DNA from: Elsinoe ampelina
Taxonomy: Eukaryota
Assembly: GCA_010093995.1 (NCBI GenBank)
Contig: ML992502.1
Coordinates: 2,612,728 to 2,676,727, forward strand
Direction of reading: 5' to 3'
Length of the DNA: 64,000 nucleotides
This document shows positions 37,451 through 49,327 of this stretch, piece by piece. Made by a program: the position numbers and the translations under genes. The notes under the pieces were generated by a model. It searched no databases. It was not told the DNA's origin and saw only the letters and a program-made list of their open reading frames with translations. Every line of letters begins with the position of its first letter. Position 1 is the first letter of the stretch.

Positions 37451-38194
37451 CATCTCACATCGTCAGATCTCCCATCTAGCATCCTCGGACTTCACATCCC
37501 TATGCTTGAGCCCCTGATCTGGGATTCTTACCGTCGCATTCGCCTTCTTGCATCACTCCGTGCCACTGGGGATCCAATCCAACATTCTGATGTCTCCCTT
37601 GGCAGCTCTTGCCTCACAATTCTCGCCGATAGCTCTAGGCTGTCCCCAAAGTTCCAGACAGTCACGGAGCTTCAACGCCACTAGAACGTCCAAAAGCAAA
37701 TAAATTCCATTCATGATCGACGAACCGACCACGGGTATCTCAGGTCTACTCCATGCACCATACGCCATCCGCACCACTCTAGCCTTGTCTGCATCCCCGA
37801 GCGGCCTTGCTGCATCCCCTATGACTTCATGGTCATCAAACATTCCTTGCTGATCCTTCCCCAACTACGCATCAGGTGCGCCCGTCACCCCGCTACACCG
37901 AGTCCCCCCTCCCCCGTCTCGTCGTGACCAGAGAGTCGCTCGTCACACAACCCGTCCCACGGTGACCACACCTCGATGAATCCCCAAGGACAAGCCCACC
38001 CTCCCCGACCACCCCACCAGGTTTTCCCCGTCCCACCCCCCTCCCAACACCTCCCATCCAACCCCGCAGCCCTTCATGCCCCACTCGTTACCACATCCAT
38101 ACCCTCTGCTCCCCCAATTTCCTGCCCCACTCCTCTCCCGGCCCCTCCCGGCCCCTCCCTTGCCACGCCCAAGTCCCCGCCCGCCAGCACCCCA

Positions 38195-39062
38195 TCACCC
38201 CCTCTCCTGCTCCTCCCCGAATATCTCCTGCTGCAGAACAATGCTGTACACGCTCGCCTTGAGCAGCGTGAACACGGTGGCTGTTTTCCGTTCGAGGCCG
38301 CGGAGGGCGTCTAGGATCTCGGCCGATGGGCGGGAGGAGAGGTCTGCTAGTAGGCCTGAGAGCTGGGAGGGGGGGTTAGTGTGGGGATGCTTTTTGTGGT
38401 GGGGTTGGAGGGTGGCTGTGAGAGGAGGGGAGGAGGAAAGGAGGGAAGGGGTGGAAAGGAGGAGCTGAGTGAGAGGGGGTTTGATGAGGTGGGGGGGATA
38501 AGGGTGAGGATGGGGGGGAGAGGAGGAGGAGGGGAGGATGCGTGGTAGGGGAGGCTGGATGGCCGGGGAGGAGGAGGATGAAAGAGAGGAGGGTATTGCA
38601 AAGGGAGGGAACAACTGGGAAAGGAAAGGGAGGGATGAGCTAGAGGTAAGCATGGGGTGGAGGACTGAGGTGATATGAGGGATGGGGTTTGCGCTATGGC
38701 AGGAGAAGAAGACGGTTCGACAGAGCGTAAAGGGTTCGCTGTGAAGCGAACATATGTGCGAATGTAGTGCAGACTGGCGTAGAGCGCATCGATTTACATC
38801 GTTGAAGAGGGGGCCCAGACGAGAGAAGATCAAGGTACTTGATTGATGGGAGGCATGGCCGAGTAATGTCAAGAGATTTATGGCGCGGGCGCGGACGAAA
38901 TCGTGATTGAGGCCAAGATGACCAGACAAGAGTGCTGTGAAGAAAGAAGAACGCCGAACGAACCTTGTCCAAATTCCCAGCCAGCGCGGCGTACTCGTCC
39001 AACACCTCCTGCTCAAGCGGGGATAGTGCTTCGTCGTCGGTGTTGTGCTGTGTCGATGCCAT
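38195..39062 (-). CDS. DAD3: DASH/Dam1 kinetochore complex subunit Dad3 (2 exons: 38964-39062, 38195-38362)
   Basis: LSPLEQEVLDEYAALAGNLDK joined to LSGLLADL...ILDALRGLERKTATVFTLLKASVYSIVLQQ across a GTTCGT...ACTAAC...CAG intron. Confidence 0.93.
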
Positions 39063-39803
39063 GGTGTTCGCTTTGTGTGATTCGTGTCTCACAGTTCCGT
39101 ACATCTCGGAGTCTGTCGTGGCGTTGGTTCTCCTTGATGACGGTGATTTGTGGAACTCGAATCAAGCATGGAGGTGGAGACGGGAACGCGACATGGGACG
39201 CGTTGCGGCTATACCGATTTGCCAAGCCTTTTTCGGAAACCACGAAAAATGGTTCACCAGACCAATGCATCATGACATGGGCAAAAGTGGGCTCGTTAAA
39301 CTACATGAGAGGACTTGAGATGCGTGGTTAGCGTCTGACTTCTCACCCGTCGCAGTCCTCATCCCAACATCTCACATGACTCTTCTGGGCCAAGCAAGTG
39401 ACACCGAATGAAAATGCAAATCATCATTTTTTGATTTCCCCAAAGAAGGTCTCCAGAACGCCGTATGCCCCGTCGTCGTGACTGTGATAAAGATACGTAT
39501 AGCATCGTGACTCTCATCTGTGCCGCCTTGTCCTCCATATCCTCCCTGTCCCTTCCCGGCATCGCCATCTCCTTCCTCTGCCCTCGCTTCCCATCCCCGA
39601 TCCGTGACACATCCCTATAATCTTCATATACACACGGATCCTACCGCGATTCATTCCAAAATTTCCCACCCATCACTCTTCCTCCTTCCCCTCCTGCATT
39701 CCTCATCTCTCTCCCCCCTCTTTACCCGTCCAATACTCCCCGCCCAACTCCTCATCTCCCTCAACCCCACTGTCCTCCTCCTCTCCTTCTTCTCAAGCGC
39801 GTA

Positions 39804-41939
39804 CTACCGCCCCCCATTCGTCTGTCCGTGATGCGCCCCGTGGTCATCCCCATCGTGATGTAGCGTCACACTGTTAAACTCCTCAAACGGATCCGCCAGC
39901 TCCCCTCCTGGCGTCGCGAGCCCGCTATCCAACGGCACACCCTTCATTTTGCTTGCGCTAACGCCGAAGCCCTTGTTGATGCCGGTGTGGCCGCTGCCGA
40001 GATCGACGGACCCGCTTTCCTTCATGTTGCGGAAGTTGATCGTGTCGGCGCCCTTGCCTTGGTTGGGAATGATGGGGGGCTTCATGTGGCGCAGGAGAGC
40101 CCACTGGGTGGTGCGGAAGAAGGGGTGGGATTTGACGTCGGATGCGCCAGCGCGTGAGCCTAAACGGCGGAGTTCGTCTTTGATGAGGAGTTTGCGGACA
40201 AGAGATTTGCAAAGACAGGGAAGGGTTAGTCCACGGCGAGCATGTGGGAAGGGCTGGATGGAGACTTACTTGCTGACTTGTGGTGCGCCGCCGCCTTCAG
40301 GCAGGGGCACCTCATCACGAAGAATGTTGGCAAAGGTGGCGTTGCGATTCTTGCCTTTGAAAGGTGTGGTGCCGTAGAGCATTTCGTAGATCAGAATACC
40401 GAGCGTCCACCAATCCACTGCGGAGGTATGGCCGCAGCCCTTGATCACCTCCGGAGCGATGTACTCCTCTGTGCCAACGAAAGAGTTTGTCCGAAAGTTG
40501 TTGATGCATGACTTTGTGTCGATAATGGGAGCGCTGCCTTGCGACGAGGACATGCCAGATCGGTTCGTGCCCATGATCATTGTCGGCACTCCTCCTGGGT
40601 CTGACTGTTTCGAAAGGTCGAAATCTGACAACATGATGTGACCAGATTGATGTAAGAGAATGTCTAAGTAAATCAGCAAAGGCGACTCAAGATCAGGCTG
40701 ATCGGCATACTCTCTGGCTTAAGATCTCGGTAAATGAATCCCATAAGATGTAAATATTCCAGAGCGGCTGTGACCTCTGCCGCATAGAAACGTGCTGCGT
40801 CTTCATCCACGCATTTGTTCGGCCGGGTCTGAAGAGCCCTGAAGAATTCTCCTCCACTACAGTACTCCATACAAAGGTACAGGTGATCTTCCGACTGGAA
40901 TGAATGATACAGTGTGACGATAAAAGGGTGGTTGCTGGTTGCCAGGATTTCCTGCTCTGCGAGAGCACGCTTGATCTTGTTTCGCTTGATCATTTCCTTC
41001 TTGCTCAAGACTGCGAAATGTCAGCGTCATGGATGCTCCGTACTTGGATACTCAAACCCTACCTTTCATGGCATATAATCTCGAACTCTTCTTCTCCCTC
41101 ACCAAGTATACCTTTCCAACATCGCCCTTGCCAATCAATTTGATCTTGTCGAAACTGCCAGGACCGACCTCGACATTCCTGACCTTGATGCTATTGCTGC
41201 TGTATGTTCTCCGGAACGCTACAGAGTCTCTCAATTGACCCGGACTCCCACTCAGTGTCGGGACCGGAAGAAGTCCTCCATCCCCATTCACACTGGTGTC
41301 TATCTTCAAGTTCGTGGGTGACATATTCGAGTGGTCCGTAGGCTTCAATATGATCTTCTCGGTCGGCGTCTGTGGCCTATTCTTGTTGTCCACTTCTTTG
41401 TTGAACAGTCCCTGCGCATTCGGGGCACTCGCTACCCGTCTGAGCTTCCTTGCCAACTCTTCTTTGCCATTCGTTGAAGCTGCGTCGCCATTTGCGTCCG
41501 TCTCATTCTCCTTATCTGCCGAGGCCGTGTCCGAGGGACTTGGTGGTACGCTGCTGTCATTGTGGTGTCGTATGGCAGGGGGACCTTGGTGCTGGAAGTA
41601 CGGATTGGCATGTGCCGTGGGACTCATCCCTTGATCTAATGTGTCGCCCTCGCTGGCTACCGTCTGCGATCTGTTCCGACCGATGTGGGGCAAGAATCGG
41701 CTCTGGCGGAGTCCGCGTGGAGTGGATGAGCCCGAGTCGTCCTTCTCGTTGGAAGATTTGCCTATACTGAAGCCATCCTTGCTTCCAGATGAATTGATCC
41801 TGAAGAAGGACTTGATCTTTTGAGAAACCTGGCTGTTTGTGCCGTTCACTTGGCGATTGGTGGACAGAGCGGTGCCCGTGAAGGCGCGTTTCTCGTTGGG
41901 CATGTTTGGATTGTTGTGAGAGCGGAGAAGTTGTGTCAT
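39804..41939 (-). CDS. nrc-2: AGC-family Ser/Thr kinase NRC-2/Fpk1/Kin82 (flippase kinase), multi-exon
   Basis: [69 protein letters not shown] and [13 protein letters not shown]. The start could be 41939 or 41903. Confidence 0.92.
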
Positions 41940-42729
41940 TGGGCAGAGAGAGTGATAAGGGATATAGTCAGGAGTGGGAGAGGATTTCGTGATCTATAGG
42001 CGTTTCTGTTCTTTCGAGCAATTGGAGTCGAGGAGGGCGGTAACTGAAGCACAGCCGACTACAGTATGTGTCAAATCGCCATCCTGGACGAATGAAGCTG
42101 CGATCGTACTGCTCAAGGTCGTGCAAGACAAGAGCAATACCGAAAGATCCAAAGCAGACCGAGTCGAAAGTGACGGGAGAGTGCAGTGACGAAGGACAGA
42201 CGACGTCTGTATGGCCTGTAGTCTGCTTAACAATCGGCCTTGGCGGGTAGCCGGCGCAGTTTCCCCTCTGGTCTCTTTGATGAGAGGTGAACCCTCCGGA
42301 TTCGCTTTCAGAACCTTGAATTCCGGCAGGAAAAGTGGGGGCAGCCACGGCATCATGCGGCTTCAAACCGGCTCTTTGATCGACAACGCGTGACGGTCTC
42401 GACTTTTGATTCGTCGCCAGCTCCAATCTCAACTCAAATGTCCACAGCGAACCTCACAACAAGAACAGGCAACTGCAATTGATCTCATGTATTATGAAAT
42501 CCCAGGTCTGTATCTAGACCTGGCCGAGTGGAGATGGTATCTAGTGGTATCTTACAGCCAGCGTTCCTAACTCCCAGCTGGTATGCCCATATGTTTTATG
42601 ACATTTCCCGTCCGTTTAGCTTCATGCATGTCCCATCCCAAATCCCATGGTCTGCTCATAGGCGAGTACCCATAACGCCTGCCCGCTGGCATGAAAAGGT
42701 GTGACAAATGAAACGTCGGCGGATCAGGC

Positions 42730-45700
42730 TCATGCCCGTCCTCCGCCGACCAGCTCGGCAATCTTGCCAGCTACCGCGCTTGGGTATCCTCTGCTGAGCG
42801 CTTCAGCAACAACGGCCTCAGCTCCGGCATGATCCTCGACGGCAAGATGCGCTCGGACCATGGCCTCGTAAGTGCTGGGCTCAAGGTGGTAGATGTCTAC
42901 CATACCAAAAGCCTCCTGAGCCTTGGCGAGATTCTTCTCCAAGGTCCAGCCGTGGATGAGAGCATTAACAATGTATGGTGTAAGTTCGACACGACGTTTG
43001 ATCATGTCAGAAAGGAGAGCGTCAGATTCTGTGACGCGGTGGTTGGCCACCAGAGATTCGAAGAGAGCTTGATAGATGCAGGGTTGAGGGCGAACACTGT
43101 GATCAGTGATGACCTGGTCGAATAGTGCTCGAGCACCATCCATGTCGTGCTTCACGCAACCCTTTGCATGAATAAGACTGGCGTAGTGCACGGCTTCGGG
43201 CTGCAGTCCTGCTTGCTTCATCTGGACCAGAACAGCCTCAGCAGCGGCCATGTCAACAGGCTGGATAGTAGCGTGGGTGTCGATCAGGAGCTTGAAAGTA
43301 TGAGCAGTGGGCTCAATGTTCAGCTTGCGCATCCTTTCGTAGTAAGCAAGCACCTTTGACTTATCCCGTTTCGTGGTGAGGAAGAACTGCATCAAGCTGT
43401 GATATGGTGCTGGTCGCGGCTTGTAATTATTGCTGGCTTCCATTTCCTCGAAAATCTCCTCGGCGAACTTGTCATCACTGACACGGCAGAGAGCATTGAC
43501 AATCGTGCCGTATGTGACCGAGGTGGGGCGAATACCTAGGTTCCTCATCTCGGCAAAGTAGAATAGGCAGTCATCGATGCGACGGGCCTTTCCAAGCTTG
43601 CCGATCAGAGCGTTGTAAAGGAACGAGGTAGGCTCAACACCTTCCGCTTTTGAGCGTAGAAAAATCTTGACGGCCTCACTGGCTTCATCGAACGTCTTCG
43701 TGGTCTCCTTGAGTGACGTGATGTAAAGACCAAAAGTGTTCGCAGAAGGCGCCGCACCCATGTCGAGCAGATCCTGGTGGTATTTGGCTGCGAGTTCACG
43801 TCGTCCAGTAGTGATGCACGCCGAGACCATAGAATCGAGTATGGCAATCCAGCCGTGTCGAACAATGCGATACTGGTGTAGCAATGGCACGTCCTGCTTT
43901 GCCATCTCGAGTACTTCCTGAGCAGTGTGAAGCTGATTGGCCTTGGCTGCAGCCTGGATGAGCTTGCCGTAGGCGAAGAACCGAGGATGACGACCGGCGC
44001 GGCGAATGTTCCTGAATTTGGTGAGTGCCTCGCTTAAGACAGCTGCAGGACGAGCATGGCTCTTCTCCAGAATGTCGGTAATGACAACAGATCCTTTGTG
44101 GTCGGTCTGAGCAATGTACGGATCGAATGAGTCGTCATACATGGTCTGAGGGGGAGCCGGTGCGACTGGGGAATATGTTGGATAAGTGGTGACCGATGAG
44201 AAATGAGGCGCAACGGGGTAGCGATAGCCATTCCAAAGTCGGCTTAGATCAATGTCGTTGACGGTAGCAAGACCTTGCTCAATGAGCTTCTGCGTCGCCA
44301 CATCAGGTAGGACGGAGCGGCCGATGATGTTCTCAACCATGCAGGCAAATCTGGCAGGACCGGCGACATCTTGCGAGCCTTCCAAGAGGTGCATAGCTTG
44401 AACTTGGGTGAAGATATCCAGGTCAGCAGAGTCCATGCTTGCGATCTGTGAGGCACCAAGCATGGAAAGCAGGGGCTCGGTGTGGGCCAGTGAGTGCATT
44501 CCATTGTCATTCATCATCCGCAGCAACTCAGCTGAAGCTTCTGGTGGTGTAGAAGTGCCGTTGGTGGTATGTAGGGCCTTTGCCATGACTTCGATTGCCT
44601 CTTCGATCCTCTCTGCAGCTTCACGACCTTCCGCCGACTTTGCGTCGAAATTGCCACGGTATTTTGACAAAAGAGCGCGTGCTGGACGGAGGCCTTGCAT
44701 GAGCTGACCGTTCTGGATCAGGATCTGTGCTCTCAAGGCAGACAATTGCACCACCTCGAGATTCGCTGGTGCCTGCTCAACAATAGTCCAGAAACGATCC
44801 CCGCTTTCCACATTGCCGTTCCTGATGCGAAGCGCGAAGATGGCCAGGGCTGAGCCGGAGAGATCTGCATCGATCTCAACAAGAGCATCGAACGCCTTTA
44901 TGGATTCCGCTGCGTTTCCGAGATCCGCTGTCTTTACGGCGATGGTCTCAAGCGCGCTCGGATAGTGCTTGGCAGACATGTCGTTGACCATCTTGTAGAC
45001 TGCATCAAAGTTGCCAGATTCGAGCTCCAAAGGCAGTATGCTTTTCGACACTACTGCACCAAGAGAGATGTGTTGCGAGCCATTGGCCTTCTCCTCCACT
45101 TTGACGCGGGCAAGAAGCTTCTTGCCGTCCACAAGTCGTCCCGCTTGACCGTATGCACGGACTAGAGCAGCGTAGATTTCGGTGTCTATCCTGTCCATAG
45201 TTATCTCTCCTGCATTGTGAGCGATAGCCATCTCACGATACTCGTCGTACGAAGAGACGGCGTTTTTAAGATCTCCAGCCTCACCAAAAGCCTTGATCAT
45301 GGCCGGATAGGTGCTGGAACCAATAGACACCCCTTGTCCGCGAGAAACGTTGTACAAGTCGATCATATCTGAAACCTGTCCACGTACAGCACAAGCCGTG
45401 ATGAGAGCTTCAAATGCAGTGCCCGGGAGCTTGACAGCCTTTGAGGCAGGGCTGTTAAGGAACTTGAGGGCGATTCCCAGCGATTGATCTTCCGACATCA
45501 TCTGGTACTCCAGATCGTCAAGCGTGAACGACGTGGCGTGAGGTCCAAGTCGACTGCGCCTTTCCAGTAGCATTTGCGAAGACTTTGCTGCATCCAGAGC
45601 TCGGATTGCAAGAGTGTCCACAATCATAGACATGGTATCCGCATCGGGCACCACGCTACGGCGCATCATGTCGGCATAGATGTCGAGGACTCGCGGTGCC

Positions 45701-46536
45701 TTTTGGTGCTTGTTGTCTGTGAGCTCGACCGCGGAGGTGAGAAGAGCGCGGTAGGCCTGCTGGGATGGCTTGGCGACTCCATCGCGCAGCATGGATTCGA
45801 AGAGGACCGGGATCTGAGCGTATTGTCCAGCCTGACGCAACTGTTCAATCTGCGAGCTGTAGAAATCTGCGCGTGCCTCGGCCAGAGTATGCTCGGATTG
45901 CTTTGACGAAACAATTTCGAGTCCATCCTGCTCTTCGGCCGCGGCCAAGGGTGAATCGCGTCGAATGCGCTCACCTGCAATGCTTTCGTTGACTTGAGCG
46001 AAGGCGGCGGCTTCGGCTTCCACATTGTCTATAGCTTTTGCAAAGTTATCCACCGCGCTTGTGGAGTAGGATCTCTTCAGGTTCGAGGGTTCCTCAATCG
46101 CTTCGTAAGCGGCGTTTTGCGGATTCGCCTCCTGGGCGTCGACTGGGGTATTCTGAGGACCGGGGATGGTAGTCGGTGGCTTCCATCCGACCCTCTTTGC
46201 CAGCGACTGGTGATGCCATTCTCTTGCCTCTGATTTGTGGTGTTTCTGCCACGCCTCATGATAATGCGCTAAACCAGACTCGAGATGACCGTCCTTTGCA
46301 GCCGAGCCATCGGTGGCCTGGCTAGCGACAGTGCTGAAGTGTGCATGTTGGCTTGACTTTGGCTTCTCCTTGAAGCGACTGAGGAAGTTGGAAGCAAGGG
46401 GGGCGACTGGGGTATTCTGAGAAGCGTAGGAGGATTGGGACGCGGCGACGACAGTCTGAGCGTATCCGTGGGTAAAAGATTTGAGGGCAGTGCCGGCGAG
46501 ACGGGAGACGTGTACTGTCGACTTGGGCAAAACCAT
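42730..46536 (-). CDS. Large mitochondrial pentatricopeptide-repeat protein (Ppr5-like)
   Basis: 1268-aa ORF with tandem PPR motifs (FLYNALIGKLGKARR, VTYGTIVNALCR, PYHSLMQFF, HYASLIHAKG). A probable 49-nt 5'-UTR intron lies at 46576-46624. Confidence 0.88.
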   Translation of the reverse strand: MVLPKSTVHVSRLAGTALKSFTHGYAQTVVAASQSSYASQNTPVAPLASNFLSRFKEKPKSSQHAHFSTVASQATDGSAAKDGHLESGLAHYHEAWQKHHKSEAREWHHQSLAKRVGWKPPTTIPGPQNTPVDAQEANPQNAAYEAIEEPSNLKRSYSTSAVDNFAKAIDNVEAEAAAFAQVNESIAGERIRRDSPLAAAEEQDGLEIVSSKQSEHTLAEARADFYSSQIEQLRQAGQYAQIPVLFESMLRDGVAKPSQQAYRALLTSAVELTDNKHQKAPRVLDIYADMMRRSVVPDADTMSMIVDTLAIRALDAAKSSQMLLERRSRLGPHATSFTLDDLEYQMMSEDQSLGIALKFLNSPASKAVKLPGTAFEALITACAVRGQVSDMIDLYNVSRGQGVSIGSSTYPAMIKAFGEAGDLKNAVSSYDEYREMAIAHNAGEITMDRIDTEIYAALVRAYGQAGRLVDGKKLLARVKVEEKANGSQHISLGAVVSKSILPLELESGNFDAVYKMVNDMSAKHYPSALETIAVKTADLGNAAESIKAFDALVEIDADLSGSALAIFALRIRNGNVESGDRFWTIVEQAPANLEVVQLSALRAQILIQNGQLMQGLRPARALLSKYRGNFDAKSAEGREAAERIEEAIEVMAKALHTTNGTSTPPEASAELLRMMNDNGMHSLAHTEPLLSMLGASQIASMDSADLDIFTQVQAMHLLEGSQDVAGPARFACMVENIIGRSVLPDVATQKLIEQGLATVNDIDLSRLWNGYRYPVAPHFSSVTTYPTYSPVAPAPPQTMYDDSFDPYIAQTDHKGSVVITDILEKSHARPAAVLSEALTKFRNIRRAGRHPRFFAYGKLIQAAAKANQLHTAQEVLEMAKQDVPLLHQYRIVRHGWIAILDSMVSACITTGRRELAAKYHQDLLDMGAAPSANTFGLYITSLKETTKTFDEASEAVKIFLRSKAEGVEPTSFLYNALIGKLGKARRIDDCLFYFAEMRNLGIRPTSVTYGTIVNALCRVSDDKFAEEIFEEMEASNNYKPRPAPYHSLMQFFLTTKRDKSKVLAYYERMRKLNIEPTAHTFKLLIDTHATIQPVDMAAAEAVLVQMKQAGLQPEAVHYASLIHAKGCVKHDMDGARALFDQVITDHSVRPQPCIYQALFESLVANHRVTESDALLSDMIKRRVELTPYIVNALIHGWTLEKNLAKAQEAFGMVDIYHLEPSTYEAMVRAHLAVEDHAGAEAVVAEALSRGYPSAVAGKIAELVGGGRA

Positions 46537-47521
46537 TTAGTGAGCCGGAGGTTCCTTCGTGAAGGAAAGGTATGACTGCTTCGCTATTAGCATTGGTGCC
46601 GAACGCGGGAACGCAGGCGCGTACCCTAGACCTCAAGCTGATATTTGCTGCAGGTTCATTTGACAGCACGTGGCCGTCAAGTGAACGCGCTGACTCAATC
46701 AAGGTCCTATGGTAAGAAAGGTCACTGCAATACAGTGACGGGTCGTGGTAAGTGATGGAGGCAGTCCGCAAAGACGTGACTCCGATAGACGATTATGCTG
46801 TATTCGGTGTGTGTGCGTGGGAAACGAGAGACTTTGACCTGTGCCTGACCAGAGTATTTCAGGCAACGACAGGACGGCGGAAATGATGACAGGTCGAGAG
46901 TAGAATTGTGGAGCTGTAGATGGAGGAAGGATGGGCCGTCGTGACTCGGGCGTGGCTGAGAACCCGCAATCGAAGTGCAAAGAGCTCCGAATTTTCCCTG
47001 CCAGAGCCAGAAAAGGCGCACCAGGTCGGTCCCAGCCAGCGCCGCCTCTCCGACCACTGCTCGCGACATATTTTCTTTGCTCGAGCACACCCGGACGGGC
47101 CCTGGACTTGCCCGGTTCGGGATACAGGCTAGCCCTTGGTTGACAATTTGGTGAAAAGATTTTGACAGAAACCAAAGATTTCCGTTTGAAGCAATCCAAG
47201 TCGATGCGGTCACCACTCTCCCGCAAACTTCAAGGCCACCAGGAAACTCTACAGCTCCCTCATCCTTCCAGCAGTCTCCCGGCTTTTCAGCGTAGGCTTG
47301 TCCTGCTGACCTGCTCAGCCGTTATTTGCGGATCTCGTTGTTCCTTCATCATCTTCTAGCATCGATTAGTTGCAGAAACAAGGTTCCTAAGCCCGACATT
47401 TCTTCGCCATCGCCTTCGCAGGTCGTTCGGCGCCCCACGCTTTGCTGTATCTGACCCTGTACCTGATCGTCACCCCGGATCGCGTTGCCGACGTCAATTG
47501 ATCAGCAGGACGAACGAGCAG

Positions 47522-48956
47522 ATGATCCAATCCCAATCCGTGGCAGTATCTGCACCAGGCAAGGTACTCCTCGCTGGCGGATATCTTGTGCTCGACAGAA
47601 AGTATACTGGTCTTGTCTTTGGCCTGGATGCTCGTATTCATGTCTGCGTTTCACCGGTGCGGACATCACCTGGCGTGATTCTGTCCGAGATAATAGTGCA
47701 ATCGCCCCAATTCCTCGATGCGATATGGGAGTATGGGTACAGATTGTCACCAGGCAATGGAGGCATGCAGGTGACCGAGTTACGAGCGTAAGTAAGCTGT
47801 TTCCTTCCCCAAGCATCTTCTATTCCAGGACCTCTTTGGCTACATAGCTCCATGGCATCTGATAATTTCCAGGGATGCCGACCTCCGCCTTACCCGCAAT
47901 CTCTTCATTGAGACTGCCCTCTCCTACACTCTGACCTACATCTCGACCTTCCAGACTCACCCCCTCCCTTCAGCTTCCATCACCATCTTAGCCGATAATG
48001 CCTACTACTCAACCCCGTCCTCCGCCGGTCCTCTCTCTCGCTTCCATTCCTTCGCATGTCCCCTCTCTGCCGCCCACAAGACCGGTCTCGGCTCTTCCGC
48101 CGCCCTCGTCACGGCCTTTACAGCCGCCCTGCTCCGATATTACCTTCCACGTGAATCCTTCTCACTTGACGGCGATATGGGCAAGCGCCGTCTACACAAT
48201 CTCGCTCAAGCCGCTCACTGCGCTGCTCAAGGCAAGGTAGGCAGTGGCTTCGACGTCGCCTCTGCGGTGTATGGGAGCTGTGTCTACCGCCGTTTCTCTC
48301 CTGACTTGCTGGCCGGGTGTGGAGAGATCGGCACAAAGGGCTTCGCGACGCGGTTGAGGGAGGTCGTGGACGAGACTGGTGAGGGAGGGCCATGGGACAC
48401 GGAGGTGGTGAAGGGTAAAGTGGCGGTACCAAAGGGGTTGAGACTGGTAATGTGCGATGTCAAGGGGGGTAGCCAAACGCCGGGGATGGTCAAGAAGGTG
48501 CTAAAGTGGCGGGAAGCCGAAGGGGAGAGCGCGGAGGAATTTTGGGGACGACTGCAAAGCGCAAATGAGGGATTGGCCAAGGAGATGGTCAAGGTCGCTG
48601 ATGAAGGAAGCGCGGAGTACGGGGCATTGAAGTCAAAGCTCAACGAGATCAGAGGCCTGATCAGGGAGATGAGCGAGCGAAGTGGCGTTCCCATCGAGCC
48701 TGTAGAGCAGACCAAGCTGATTGATGCTTGCTCCGAGGTTGAAGGCGTCATTGGTGGTGTCGTTCCTGGGGCAGGAGGATACGATGCTATATCTCTGTTG
48801 ATCGAGGATCGACAAGAGGTTGCCGACAAATTAGCTGAGCTGGTCAAAGGTTGGGACTTTGGTGGCGAAGGAAAGGTGAGCGTATTACCTGTACGAGAAG
48901 AGATGGAAGGCGTGAGGTCAGAACAAGCAGATGGGTACAGGCAATGGACGGACTGA
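47522..48956 (+). CDS. ERG8: Phosphomevalonate kinase
   Basis: SAPGKVLLAGGYLVLD, KTGLGSSAALV, AHCAAQGKVGSGFDVA and VPGAGGYDAI; one intron at about 47788-47872. Confidence 0.96.
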
Positions 48957-49327
48957 TTCAAGTAACAAGCGTAGGATCCGAGCGTGGGCGCAATGGGAAC
49001 GGATAACAAAAAGAGTATATACACAACCAAAATCATGATCGGCGCATACAAACGACGGCTAGCAGAAGGCGCTTCGATGATATTCAAAGCCTGACCTCGT
49101 ATGTTTTGTCTATCCGCAACGCCTCGCTGTGTACATATCGCTCTTGACTCCGAAATGTCCAAAACGACCAGGACCAGATTAATCCACATCGTTTCTTCTG
49201 CTCTGCAGGAACCCCTTTGACACTCTCGAGATCATGAACAGGCAGATCTTCAATCACGACCCACACCAGCACTCTCCACCAATCCCTCCCCCGTTCCCCT
49301 CTCCAACACCCAGCAGATCCACCACCC

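Noticed and set aside
42502..42523. 8-bp inverted repeat CCAGGTCT/AGACCTGG
   Set aside because: A single short hairpin is compatible with chance in 64 kb.
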